Source of the DNA: a virus
Reading direction: 5' to 3' (one strand)
Virus record (IMG/VR): IMGVR_UViG_3300007512_001412
Location: 1 to 64,000 of that record
Length of the DNA: 64,000 bases
A program made the translations under genes and the position numbers. The notes under the pieces are model-generated. The model saw only the letters and a list, made by a program, of their open reading frames with translations, was not told the DNA's origin and searched no databases. Shown here piece by piece: positions 19,639-28,675 of the stretch (within the stretch, counting starts at the first letter, position 1; each line of letters opens with the position of its first letter).

Positions 19639-19974
19639 ATGAGTACCGATCGACCCCCCGTCCTCTCGTCCCTGGACAACGTCCGCGTGGGCGACACCCG
19701 CGAGGCCAAGCTGGTCGAAGCGTTGCTCCGATCCGCGCAAGCGGACTACGCCGAGTCGGACTCCTTGAGGAAGGCGATCACGCTCGTCGCCCACCGCTGC
19801 GTCAAGAACGAGTGGACCGTCTACCGCTGGCTCCGGGGCATCGCCGCGCCCCCACGTGCGGCCCTCGCCGCCCTGGAACGCCTCGCGCATGACCGGGGCG
19901 TGCCGCTGGAGCCGGTCCCCGCAGAAGGGGCCGCTCCCGTCGAAGGCGTCGAGGACGCACCCCCCGCCGCCTGA
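19639..19974 (+). CDS. Cro/XRE-like HTH protein
   Basis: VAHRCVKNEWTVYRWLRGIAAP. Confidence 0.6.
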   Translation: MSTDRPPVLSSLDNVRVGDTREAKLVEALLRSAQADYAESDSLRKAITLVAHRCVKNEWTVYRWLRGIAAPPRAALAALERLAHDRGVPLEPVPAEGAAPVEGVEDAPPAA

Positions 19975-19978
19975 GCCG

Positions 19979-20170
19979 ATGAAGGACGTACCGTCCACGG
20001 TCCTCGCCCTCGCCTTGGTCATCGTGGTCATGGTCGCCATGTGGACGTCGGAGCACCCGTGGCTGCGCGTGCTCGTCGGTGCCTACATGGGCGTCGTCAT
20101 CGTGTCCGGGGTGTACCTGCTCCTGCGGCGAGGTGAGCGCCGGGGCAAGGGACCGCACGGCCCCCCTTGA
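19979..20170 (+). CDS. Small two-TM membrane protein
   Basis: Two hydrophobic helices and a basic tail. Confidence 0.6.
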   Translation: MKDVPSTVLALALVIVVMVAMWTSEHPWLRVLVGAYMGVVIVSGVYLLLRRGERRGKGPHGPP

Positions 20171-20196
20171 CATTCCGCAAGCAGGCGGGGTAGACC
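20166..20196 (+). promoter_or_regulatory. Promoter with CTTG-N8-CAAG box
   Basis: CTTGACATTCCGCAAG ... TAGACC (N18). Confidence 0.65.
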
Positions 20197-20223
20197 CTCC
20201 CTGCACGCACGCGGAGGTACTTG

Positions 20224-21996
20224 ATGGACAACGGACACGGCTCGATGGCGCTGCACGTAGTGCGCCTCACCACCAACTTCAAGCAGGACGGGTTCCCTGA
20301 CGGGCGCACCTTCGACCTGGGGCAGCGGACGGCGTTGTTCGGCCCCAACGGATCGGGGAAGTCGGCGGTCGTCCACGCGCTGCTGTGGGCACTGACCGGC
20401 GAGGTTCGTGGGTTCGCGGGCCGCGCCGTCGTCAAGGAGGCGCGCACGATCTGGCGCGCGAAGCCGAAGAAGGCGAAGACGTTGTTCGCGGAGGTGACGC
20501 TGTCGGACGGGCGCGTCATCCTGCGCCGGCAGAAGCGGTCCAACGGCGCGATCGACTGGAACGTGGACGGGATCGAAGTCCCCAAGAAGTCGCTCGCCAT
20601 CGCCACCGCGCTCGTCGCGGGCGAGGTCCGCGACAACCTGTTCGGTGCCCCGGCGACGGCGGAGCGATGGCTCGACGGCGTGCTCGACATTCCCCTCGCC
20701 GCGATCCTCGCGTCTGCGCTCGACGGTCGGCCCTGCGCCCCCTGCAAGGGGATCGGGTGCGACCTCTGCGACGAGGGGACGGTGAAGCTCGACGCGCTCA
20801 CGCGGGCGACCCTGGAAGCTGCCGCGCTCAACGCGGACACGGGGGCGACCCTGGTGGACTCCCTCCGCGCCGACGCGCGCGCCGCGAACAAGGAGGCGTC
20901 GGTCACCGACTCCGTGGTCGAGGAGATCGCCCATGACGTCCGCATCGTGACGGACGGCGAGTTGGAAGCCGCGACCACCAAGCGCGACACGCTCCGCGAG
21001 GGGCTGTGGAAGGCGCGGGAGCGCCAGCGCAACGCGACCGCCCTGCGGGGCCTCGCGGACGACATGCGCGCGGCGACCGCTGCCCTGGCGAAGCTGCCCC
21101 CCGGCGAGCCCAACGAGGGGAAGAAGCGGAAGCTGGTCGAGGACACGATGGCGGTCGCGGAGGACGCTGCCGCCCTGGGGCTGAACCGCTGCCCGTGCTG
21201 CGGCGGGGCGTCCAGCCCCGAAGCCCTCCGATCCCGCGCCACGGGGATGCAGGGGCTCCTGCTCTCGATGAAGGCGCAGAGCGCCGACGCGCACGAACGG
21301 GAACGCCTCAAGATCGCGATGACCGGGTTCCAGGGGCGGGCACAGGGGCTCCGCGCCTCGATGCCCGCCGACGACTTCGCCGCCGTGCGTGCGGGCACCT
21401 GGGAGGACCCGACGATGACCTGGGCGGCGTCCCTGGCGAAAGCCGAAGCGGTGCTGGACGACCTCCGGGCCGCGCGTGTGGGCGCGCAGGGGCCGAAGAT
21501 GGCGATGGCTCAGGCGGAGGCGCACCGCGCCCGCGCCGACGCGCTCACCGCCGCTGCGAACGCCGTGGAGCACGCGCGGGCCAAGCTGATCGCCAGCGCC
21601 GTCAAGACCTTGACGGCAGGGGCCAAGGCCCGCTTCCCGACGCGCTTCGGCAAGCCGGTGATCAAGCTGCGCCCGAAGGTGGTCCTGGGCGTGGATCGGG
21701 ACGGTGCCGAAGGCGACCCCTCCGAAGGGGAGATCGCCGCGCTGGTGCTCGCCTTGGCGGGAGCCGTCGCGGAGCGCCGCGCCGACACGGGCCTCTCCGT
21801 GCTGGTGCTCGATGACCGGGGCTTCGATGACGCCACCGTCGCGGACCTCCGCGAAGCGTTCAACCAGTGGGACGCGGGGATGCTGCTGCTCCCCGTGATC
21901 GCCAACCCCCCGGCCTGCGAGGGCTGGACCGACTTCAACTTCTGGCCCACGGAGGGCGGCACCGATGACCGACACGCTGACCACGTCACTCACTGA
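20224..21996 (+). CDS. Rad50/SbcC-like ABC ATPase
   Basis: GPNGSGKS, coiled coils, central CPCC hook, PSEGE signature, VLVLDD Walker B. Confidence 0.85.
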   Translation: MDNGHGSMALHVVRLTTNFKQDGFPDGRTFDLGQRTALFGPNGSGKSAVVHALLWALTGEVRGFAGRAVVKEARTIWRAKPKKAKTLFAEVTLSDGRVILRRQKRSNGAIDWNVDGIEVPKKSLAIATALVAGEVRDNLFGAPATAERWLDGVLDIPLAAILASALDGRPCAPCKGIGCDLCDEGTVKLDALTRATLEAAALNADTGATLVDSLRADARAANKEASVTDSVVEEIAHDVRIVTDGELEAATTKRDTLREGLWKARERQRNATALRGLADDMRAATAALAKLPPGEPNEGKKRKLVEDTMAVAEDAAALGLNRCPCCGGASSPEALRSRATGMQGLLLSMKAQSADAHERERLKIAMTGFQGRAQGLRASMPADDFAAVRAGTWEDPTMTWAASLAKAEAVLDDLRAARVGAQGPKMAMAQAEAHRARADALTAAANAVEHARAKLIASAVKTLTAGAKARFPTRFGKPVIKLRPKVVLGVDRDGAEGDPSEGEIAALVLALAGAVAERRADTGLSVLVLDDRGFDDATVADLREAFNQWDAGMLLLPVIANPPACEGWTDFNFWPTEGGTDDRHADHVTH

Positions 21997-22372
21997 TCCC
22001 GACCCCATCGTGGAGGCGATGGTCGCCTTCCAGTTGTACTGCTCGATGGGCTACCCCCCCGAAGCCGTCAAGATCGGCGTGGCGCACGTCCAAACGCAAC
22101 CGGAGGCAGCGCCCTCCCTCGTCACCGTCGCCGTGCTCCGGTGGGACGACAAGGAATTCGTGTCCTACTGGCAACCCAACGCCGAAAGCGGCGAGGACAG
22201 CAGCGCGCTCAACGCGCGCCTGCACGATTCGATGCCGATGTGGAACGCGCTCGACGGGGACGCCCGGAACGCGCTGGTCGAAGCATCGTGGACCCACGCC
22301 CACCGCGACGAGATCGTGGCGGCGATGGCAGCGAAGGGCCTGGCGGGGCTCGCTGCGCCGGTTACGCCATGA
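21965..22372 (+). CDS. Hypothetical protein
   Basis: GGAGG RBS, coding-like codon use. Confidence 0.6.
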   Translation: MTDTLTTSLTDPDPIVEAMVAFQLYCSMGYPPEAVKIGVAHVQTQPEAAPSLVTVAVLRWDDKEFVSYWQPNAESGEDSSALNARLHDSMPMWNALDGDARNALVEASWTHAHRDEIVAAMAAKGLAGLAAPVTP

Positions 22373-22626
22373 TGCTCAAGATCAAGCAGTTGCAGCCCCC
22401 CGGTGCGCCTGAGTCCTGGGCCTACGTGGACCCCGAAGCGGTAAACGCCGTGACCCCGGCGAACCTCCAGAAGCGGTCCCCCCACCCGTTGAACCCGCAG
22501 CAGGTAGTCGAACAGACCCTCGCCAGCGGGACGATGCTGTACCTCCCCGGAGGCCAGATCGCGGTCGAGGGGTCACAGGAGGACGTCATGGACCTCCTGG
22601 GCCTGACTGTCCGGGTGGAGCACTAG
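22369..22626 (+). CDS. Hypothetical protein
   Basis: ATGA overlap; coding-like. Confidence 0.6.
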   Translation: MMLKIKQLQPPGAPESWAYVDPEAVNAVTPANLQKRSPHPLNPQQVVEQTLASGTMLYLPGGQIAVEGSQEDVMDLLGLTVRVEH

Positions 22627-22709
22627 CCCTGCCGGTAGCCGTCGTCGTAGGTGTCGGGCGTGGTCACGTTCGCGTTATATCACCGCGTCGGAGGGCCGCA
22701 CAGACCGGA

Positions 22710-23027
22710 TCATGCCGTGTGCTTGAGCCGGTCCATCTGCGCGGCCTGGAGTCGCCGCACCTCCGCCCGTGTCGGGGCGGGACGAAGTGGGAACGTCGGC
22801 CAGCCCCGTTGGCGCTGCCGGTCGTACCGATCCACGCTGCCGTAGAAGCCGTCGCAGGGGCCGTGGGTCGCCAGCCCGGACGGGTTGGTGCCGCGCCCGT
22901 AGGTGTTGCCGCACCCCGGGCAGATCCGGTAGTACCCGGCGAGGCGTGAGCCCGAAGCAGACGGGGCCTGCCGCAGCCATTGCCGCTGCAAGATCCACCG
23001 GAGCGTGGGGCACCGCTTCCGCCGCAT
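22710..23027 (-). CDS. Basic Zn-ribbon hypothetical protein
   Basis: CPGC...HGPC; start overlaps the upstream stop. Confidence 0.45.
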   Translation of the reverse strand: MRRKRCPTLRWILQRQWLRQAPSASGSRLAGYYRICPGCGNTYGRGTNPSGLATHGPCDGFYGSVDRYDRQRQRGWPTFPLRPAPTRAEVRRLQAAQMDRLKHTA

Positions 23028-23392
23028 CAGCGCGCGCGTGCGAGGGCCGCTGCGGCTGCGATCTGCTCCGGGGTCGCGGTCTTCTCGCCTGAGTACACCG
23101 CGAGCAGGAAGTCGTAGGCTTCCTCGCCCCTCCGGGTCGCGTCCACGCGGCGTTGCCCCTTGTCCCACTCCGCCTGATCCACGGCGACGTCGGCCTTGGC
23201 TTCCTCGATCTGATCGAGCAGCGCCACCCGGAAGTCGCGCAGGGGGTGGTCGGAGGGGAGATCGGCGGGGATGATCTCCAGCAGCGCCAGCCCCACGATC
23301 GCGGACGGCTCCAGGCACAAGTCCTGCGCCTCCAGGGTCGGGCGGGGGTCGATGAAGAAGCGTCGTTGGTGTCGTCTCACGTCAGGTTCCAA
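23027..23392 (-). CDS. Hypothetical helical protein
   Basis: Coding-like, operon-packed. Confidence 0.55.
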   Translation of the reverse strand: MEPDVRRHQRRFFIDPRPTLEAQDLCLEPSAIVGLALLEIIPADLPSDHPLRDFRVALLDQIEEAKADVAVDQAEWDKGQRRVDATRRGEEAYDFLLAVYSGEKTATPEQIAAAAALARAR

Positions 23393-23679
23393 TCGGGCTG
23401 TGCGGGTGCGTCGGACTCGTCGGGCGGGATCGGGGCAGGGGCGTCGGCGGCGGCTTCCTTCAAGCCCAGGAGGGCCGCGACGCTGCGCCGGTCGGCTTCA
23501 TGCGCTTCGATCGCGTTGATCCAGGCGGGGTCGGTGGGGAGCGCGGCGAGGTAGTCGGTGAGCGCCGCGTGTAGGACCGCCGCCATCGACGTCCCCCGCA
23601 CGTCGGCCACCTTCCGAAGCAGCGCCCGCTGGCGGCTGTTGAGGTGGATCGTGAACGGAGTGCCCTTGCTGTTGCTCAT
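23377..23679 (-). CDS. Ribbon-helix-helix (CopG/Arc-like) regulator
   Basis: FTIHLN strand followed by LRKVADVRGTSMAAVLHAALTDYL. Confidence 0.75.
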   Translation of the reverse strand: MSNSKGTPFTIHLNSRQRALLRKVADVRGTSMAAVLHAALTDYLAALPTDPAWINAIEAHEADRRSVAALLGLKEAAADAPAPIPPDESDAPAQPDWNLT

Positions 23680-23880
23680 GCGCGTGTACCTCTATAGGGG
23701 CCGGGGCGGCGGGTAGAGCAGGTTTGGCCCGTACTCGTTGAACAGCGCAAGCCCTACCCGACTGCCACGGCCCCCAGGAGTGTGCCGGTGGTGGATCGGG
23801 TCGTCAAGGGCGCAGTACATCGAATCCCGATCCTCCCTTCCAGGGATTAACGATTCTTTATCATTATCGTGAGAAAGTGG

Positions 23881-23913
23881 TTGTCAGGATCGATGGGGGG
23901 ATTATCATAGCTA
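23881..23913 (+). promoter_or_regulatory. Putative promoter with TAGCTA half-site
   Basis: TTGTCA-N16-TATCAT in an AT-rich divergent intergenic region. Confidence 0.5.
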
Positions 23914-23914
23914 T

Positions 23915-24035
23915 GTCGATGGGGGGTCACCCCCCTGCTCCTGGGGAGCTATCCGCCTTGCATTGAGCAGGACGCTCCACCAGCCCAGCCGTTCAGTCGG
24001 TGGTGTGGAACCGGGGGGGTGCCTCCCCCATCGAC
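23915..24035 (+). ncRNA. Candidate structured RNA (closed multi-stem junction)
   Basis: GTCGATGGGGG pairs with CCCCCATCGAC, CACCCCCC with GGGGGGTG; internal CCTGCTC/GAGCAGG stem; begins at the predicted TSS. Confidence 0.45.
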
Positions 24036-24062
24036 GCTGATGGACTACCAACCGGAGACACC

Positions 24063-24323
24063 ATGACCATGAGCAACCCCAACGACTTCGTCGCCGGCTA
24101 CCGCATCGAGGATGCGCTCGCCGCCCTGCGGGACGCCCGCAACCACCCGATGCCTGCGGGGGCCGCTGCCGCCGTCGAGGCGTGCATCGTCACGCTGGAG
24201 TCGTGCCAGCACTTGCTGCCGTCGCCCCAGGCGGTCCCCCCGTCCTGCCGGTTCCCGGCCCCCTCCGACCCGTCGTGGTCGAACACCCCCATCGTGGCGC
24301 TGCCGCCCGTGAGGAAGCCATGA
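24063..24323 (+). CDS. Hypothetical protein
   Basis: GGAG RBS; coding-like. Confidence 0.55.
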   Translation: MTMSNPNDFVAGYRIEDALAALRDARNHPMPAGAAAAVEACIVTLESCQHLLPSPQAVPPSCRFPAPSDPSWSNTPIVALPPVRKP

Positions 24324-24363
24324 GCCGCCTCTCCCCCTGGGCTCCGATTGCGCGGAGGCTCCG

Positions 24364-24723
24364 GTGAACTGCGGCTCCTGCGGAGAGGGGCCGCTGGCCT
24401 CCTACGGATACCTCCTGCTCGACCCGGGCGTGAAGGCGTGCTCGGACTGCATCGACAAGGAGAAGTCCGACCCGCGCTACCGTGGTGCCGAGGTCCAGGA
24501 GCTGCGGGACTACGCCGACCGGATGGTCAGCGTCCACGGCTGTGCCCCGGCCCAGGCCGACGCGGTTCGACACGCGGCCTCCGAGATGGAGGGAACGCAC
24601 AACCCCGACGACTGCCACCTCTGCAACGCGGAGCGCCACGAGGTCCCCTACTGCCGCAAGTGCGGCGCGTTGGACTCGGGGACCTGCCATTGCTGGCACG
24701 AGGACCTGGGAGGTAACCGATGA
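24364..24723 (+). CDS. Cys-rich Zn-finger hypothetical protein
   Basis: CGSC, CSDC, CHLC, CRKC; GGAGG RBS. Confidence 0.6.
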   Translation: MNCGSCGEGPLASYGYLLLDPGVKACSDCIDKEKSDPRYRGAEVQELRDYADRMVSVHGCAPAQADAVRHAASEMEGTHNPDDCHLCNAERHEVPYCRKCGALDSGTCHCWHEDLGGNR

Positions 24724-24953
24724 CCGGCAAGGACTGGCACGCCGCCCTCCGAGACGCCGCCACCCGCGCCCGGGAGCGCGAGGCCGCGAAGGACACGCGC
24801 CCCAAGCGCGGGACCCGCGTGGTCTGCGACAAGGGCGCGGGTGTCATCCACGGCCCCGACCCGACCAACAGCGCCCGCGTCATGGTGAACGTGAACGGGC
24901 GGCTGTACTCCGTCCACGCCCTGCTGACCTTCCCCGACGAACACGGGAGCTAG
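24720..24953 (+). CDS. Hypothetical protein (SH3/KOW-like)
   Basis: ATGA overlap; RGTRVVC..GAGVI. Confidence 0.55.
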   Translation: MTGKDWHAALRDAATRAREREAAKDTRPKRGTRVVCDKGAGVIHGPDPTNSARVMVNVNGRLYSVHALLTFPDEHGS

Positions 24954-24955
24954 AC

Positions 24956-25207
24956 ATGAGTCCGATGATGGCGTACTACGTCCTGCCCGACCGCAAGACC
25001 GTGGTCGAGTACACCCTCGCCGCCACGCGCGGGATCGCCGCCACGCGCGACGGGATCATCCTGGCGCTCCCTGACGGAAGCGAGGGCTTCGTACCAGAGT
25101 CGCACGTCGTAAACGCCCGCCTGTTCGCCGTCCACCCCGACGAGAACGACCTGTGCAAGCGGGCCGACGACGGGACCATCATCTACCGGGGGGAGCCCCT
25201 GCCATGA
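24956..25207 (+). CDS. Hypothetical protein
   Basis: Operon-packed, coding-like. Confidence 0.55.
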   Translation: MSPMMAYYVLPDRKTVVEYTLAATRGIAATRDGIILALPDGSEGFVPESHVVNARLFAVHPDENDLCKRADDGTIIYRGEPLP

Positions 25208-25992
25208 TCATCGGTCTGACCGGCAAGGCCGGGAGCGGTAGGACCACGGTGGCCCGCTTCCTGCGCGAGCAAGGGTTCGCCTCCCTGGCGTTCGCGGACC
25301 CGCGTGAGGCGTTCGTGCGCGAAGTCGAGGTTGCTGGCTGTGCCGTCTGGACTTGTGGTTACTGCAACTGGATCGGGGAGCACCCCGATCACGGCGAAGG
25401 TGGATTCACCTGTCCACGCTGCGAGGCCGTCGAACCGGCCAAGCGGCCCGTGACCGCCCAACTCGCGCTCCAACGTCTTGAGGAATGGGGCCGTGCCCTG
25501 GACCCCGACGTGTGGGCTCGCCTGGGCGTGCGCCGCGCGCAGGGGGTCCTCCGGGTGGCGCGGGGGACGGCCCCGCTTGCCGTGGGGTCGGAGCCCTTCC
25601 TCGCACGCCTCCGCTGCGAGGTGTCCTTTGGGGGCCGGGTGAACCTCGACGGGAGCTACCTCTCGCGCGACCCGTCGCCTCGCCCACCCGGCGTCGATCC
25701 GCTCCCCCTGATCCGGGGCGTCGTCATCACCGACTGCCGCTTCCCCAACGAGGCCGCTGCGATCCGCGAGGCCGGGGGTGTCATCTGGCGGGTGGAGCGC
25801 CCCGACACGTTCAAGGCGCTCACGATGGTCAACGTCCCCCCGAAGATGGCCCGCAAGGTCTTCGACGCCGCGTGGCGCTCCCACGCCTCCGAAACGGAGC
25901 AGGACGGCATCGAGGCCAACGTGGTCCTGATCAACGACGGCACCCTGGACGACTTGCGCGCCGAGGTGTCAAACGAGTTGCTGGAGGACTGA
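25204..25992 (+). CDS. Deoxynucleoside monophosphate kinase (phage T4 gp1-like)
   Basis: IIGLTGKAGSGRTT, FAD, LQ..EWGR, VVITDCRFPNE, HASE, INDGTL. Confidence 0.85.
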   Translation: MIIGLTGKAGSGRTTVARFLREQGFASLAFADPREAFVREVEVAGCAVWTCGYCNWIGEHPDHGEGGFTCPRCEAVEPAKRPVTAQLALQRLEEWGRALDPDVWARLGVRRAQGVLRVARGTAPLAVGSEPFLARLRCEVSFGGRVNLDGSYLSRDPSPRPPGVDPLPLIRGVVITDCRFPNEAAAIREAGGVIWRVERPDTFKALTMVNVPPKMARKVFDAAWRSHASETEQDGIEANVVLINDGTLDDLRAEVSNELLED

Positions 25993-26363
25993 TGGGGACC
26001 GTCTACTACATCGTGGACCTCGACCGGCGCGAGGCGCTGTGCCTCAACAAGTGGCACTACCTCGACGGAGCGACGTCGCCGGGGGGCGACACCCTCCGCT
26101 CGACGCCCCACCCCTCCCGGCTCCCCGACGCGGAGCCGACGCACTTCGGCTACGTCCGCAACGCGCTGGCGAACGCGATCCTCGACGGGACCCCGGTCCC
26201 CGACGACGTCGTGACCCGGCTCGTCGCCTTCGTGCGTGATGCCGTCAAGCCGGTGCTGTGGGACGACAGCGCCGCCTTGTGCCCACCGTGGGAACGTGAG
26301 GCCGGCTCGCCCGTCGCGGGCTGGACCGTGATCGACTGGACGACCGGGGAGCTGGTGACATGA
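25992..26363 (+). CDS. Hypothetical protein
   Basis: TGATG overlap, GGAGG RBS; MGTVYYIVD. Confidence 0.6.
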   Translation: MGTVYYIVDLDRREALCLNKWHYLDGATSPGGDTLRSTPHPSRLPDAEPTHFGYVRNALANAILDGTPVPDDVVTRLVAFVRDAVKPVLWDDSAALCPPWEREAGSPVAGWTVIDWTTGELVT

Positions 26364-26931
26364 CCGACGCTCTTGCACCTCCGGGCGTACCGGAAGCAGC
26401 ACAAGATCGTGACGACGTACCTCATTCCGCGGACCGTGGGACACCCCCAAGGAGACAACGACATGATCGTGGATCGACAGACCCTCACCCCGGCTCAGGG
26501 CGGCTCCTTGCCGACCCTGCCGACGCACGATTGGCAACCGTGGGCGACCCTCCCGGTCCCGTCGCGGGGCCTGGACGCCGCGAGCAGGGAGTACTCGCTG
26601 CCCCGCCGACGCTGCAAGCGGTGCGGGAAGATCGAGGTCGGGATCGGGGACGGCCCCGCGCCCCCCGGCGACCCCGCCTGCCGGGGCTGATCCTGACAAC
26701 GACTGCGACGGCTACGTCCCCAACTGGACGTTCGCGCCTTGCGCAGCGTGCGGGAAGCTGCGACACATCAACGGGCGGGACCGCTCCGTCACCCTGGTGG
26801 AGCACCTGAGCGACGGGGACAGCGCCTTGGCCGCGTGGGAGAGCGCCGCGCAGGAGGGGCCGGGACGGCACATGACGGACGAGGAATTCATCGCGGCCTT
26901 GAGCCAGTCGGACGTGCGGGAGGGTCCGTGA
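26360..26931 (+). pseudogene. Zn-finger hypothetical gene apparently broken by two +1 frameshifts (or assembly errors)
   Basis: ATG at 26360; coding continues in the 26373 frame, then near 26685 in a third frame (DPDNDCDGY...CAAC...EGP*) whose stop overlaps the recombinase start. Confidence 0.45.
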
Positions 26932-28010
26932 CCGACGACGGACCAAATCGTCAAGAGCTTGTCAAGGATCCATTCCCGGTGGAGCGGGAAGGGCTCCCGG
27001 TTCGCGGTCCCTTGGGCGTCCCGGCGACCGTCGCCCGTGACCCGGATCTGACGGAGGACGAGGTCGAGGCGATCAAGGCGACGATGGCGCAAGCCGACGC
27101 CGACAACACCAAGCGGGCGTACACGGCGGCGTGGCGGTCCTTCACGGACTGGTGCGAGCGTCGGGGGGCGACTCCCCTGCCCTGCACCCCGGTGACGCTG
27201 GCGGCGTACCTGCGGCTCGCCACGCAGCGGGACGGGTCGCCCTACACGGTGTCCTCGCTGTCCCTGCACCTGTCCGCGATCAAGCGGGCGCACCGCACGT
27301 GGAACCTCGCCGCCCCCACGGAGCACCCGTACGTCTACCAGACGTGGCGCGGGCTGCGCCGGGAGCGTGGCACCCACCAACAGGGAGCGACCGCGCTGAC
27401 CGCCGACTTGCTGCGGAAGGTGGTCGCCGGCATCCCCCCGGGGGTGCAGGGGATGCGGGATCGGGCGCTGCTGCTGGTCGGCTTCGCCGGGGCGTTCCGA
27501 CGCAGCGAGTTGGTCGCCCTGCGGCTCTGTGACGTGCGCCTGCTGCCCGAAGGGGTGCGCCTCCGGGTGGAGCGCCGCAAGACCGGCGACGAGCCGGTGT
27601 GGCTCGACTTCCGGCGCTCCGGGGGCCTGTACTGCCCCGTGGACGCCTTGGGCGACTACATCGATGCCCTGGCCGCGTCGGACACCCCGCTGTCCATCGC
27701 GGAGGGGGGCCGGGGAACGGCGCTGTGGCGGCAGCACGGCACGGGCGCGGGGGGCCTCTCTGCGGGCTCCGTCCGGTTGGTGGTTCGCCGTGCGTGCGAC
27801 CGCGTGGGGCTCGACCCGGACCTGTTCAGCGCGCACAGCCTCCGATCCGGGTTCGCCACGTCGGCGGCGGAGAGCGGTCTGAGCGCGATGGAGATCAGGG
27901 AGGCGGGCGGCTGGAAGTCGGTCGTCACCGTGGACCGCTACGTCCAACACCGCCGCCAGATGGGGGCCGACGCGCCCCGCTCCCGCGTCATCGCGGACCT
28001 GACCGACTAG
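26928..28010 (+). CDS. Tyrosine recombinase (Cre-like, with N-terminal SAM-like domain)
   Basis: NTKRAY..W..F..WC, RDRALLLVGFAGAFRRSEL, KT, HSLRSGFAT, GGW, RY. Confidence 0.92.
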   Translation: MTDDGPNRQELVKDPFPVEREGLPVRGPLGVPATVARDPDLTEDEVEAIKATMAQADADNTKRAYTAAWRSFTDWCERRGATPLPCTPVTLAAYLRLATQRDGSPYTVSSLSLHLSAIKRAHRTWNLAAPTEHPYVYQTWRGLRRERGTHQQGATALTADLLRKVVAGIPPGVQGMRDRALLLVGFAGAFRRSELVALRLCDVRLLPEGVRLRVERRKTGDEPVWLDFRRSGGLYCPVDALGDYIDALAASDTPLSIAEGGRGTALWRQHGTGAGGLSAGSVRLVVRRACDRVGLDPDLFSAHSLRSGFATSAAESGLSAMEIREAGGWKSVVTVDRYVQHRRQMGADAPRSRVIADLTD

Positions 28011-28357
28011 ACGACGTGGACCGTAGCCGTCCCGCGTGCGATGTACAGATCCTTGACCTGACGCACCGTGGGGTGCTCGACGCCGTGCGCCCGGATCGTG
28101 GCGCGCAGAGGGAAGGTGCTCCCCACGGTCCCCGGCTTGGGCGGGTACGCGATGATCTTGAGCTTGACGTCATGGGGGTCGGCGGGGGCCTCCACGATCT
28201 CATAGATCGCGCCGGGGACGACGCCCCGGACCCGGAAGCCGACGAGCCGGTCGGTGCGCTGTACCGCAGTCTCACCGCGCTTCGGGAACGCCAGGAGGCC
28301 GATCGCGCCCGCACCCAGGAGTAGGGGCCACAGGAGAGGGGATCGGGACTTCGCCAT
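28007..28357 (-). CDS. N-terminally membrane-anchored hypothetical protein
   Basis: LLWPLLLGAGAIGLLAF TM helix. Confidence 0.6.
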   Translation of the reverse strand: MAKSRSPLLWPLLLGAGAIGLLAFPKRGETAVQRTDRLVGFRVRGVVPGAIYEIVEAPADPHDVKLKIIAYPPKPGTVGSTFPLRATIRAHGVEHPTVRQVKDLYIARGTATVHVV

Positions 28358-28375
28358 GCGGGGAAGCTACCACGG

Positions 28376-28675
28376 TCAGCCTTCCTCGCGGTACGGATCG
28401 TAGGGCTGCGCGCCGGGGGCGTCGTCGTAGGGGTCGTCGTAGAGCCCGTCGTGTTCGCGGGCGGGGGAGAGTCCGTGCCCCGCGACCCGGGCGCGACCAC
28501 GCGCCATCGCGTCGGGGACGTCCTCGCGGACCAGGGTCAGGGAGTCGCGGACGATCAGTGCGCCCGTGCCGGGAATGTCGATCAGGTCCGCAGCGGTGCC
28601 GACGACGTCAGCCGCCCTCTGTGCTCCCCTCGCCCGGTTCACCCACGCCTCGATCCGGTCCCACGGAATACCCAT
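28376..28675 (-). CDS. Hypothetical protein
   Basis: MGIPWDRIEAWVNR...; coding-like. Confidence 0.5.
   Translation of the reverse strand: MGIPWDRIEAWVNRARGAQRAADVVGTAADLIDIPGTGALIVRDSLTLVREDVPDAMARGRARVAGHGLSPAREHDGLYDDPYDDAPGAQPYDPYREEG

Noticed and set aside
24036-24050. Hammerhead ribozyme (CTGATG) beside the structured RNA
   Set aside because: Core reads CTGATGG and lacks a correctly placed GAAA and stems.
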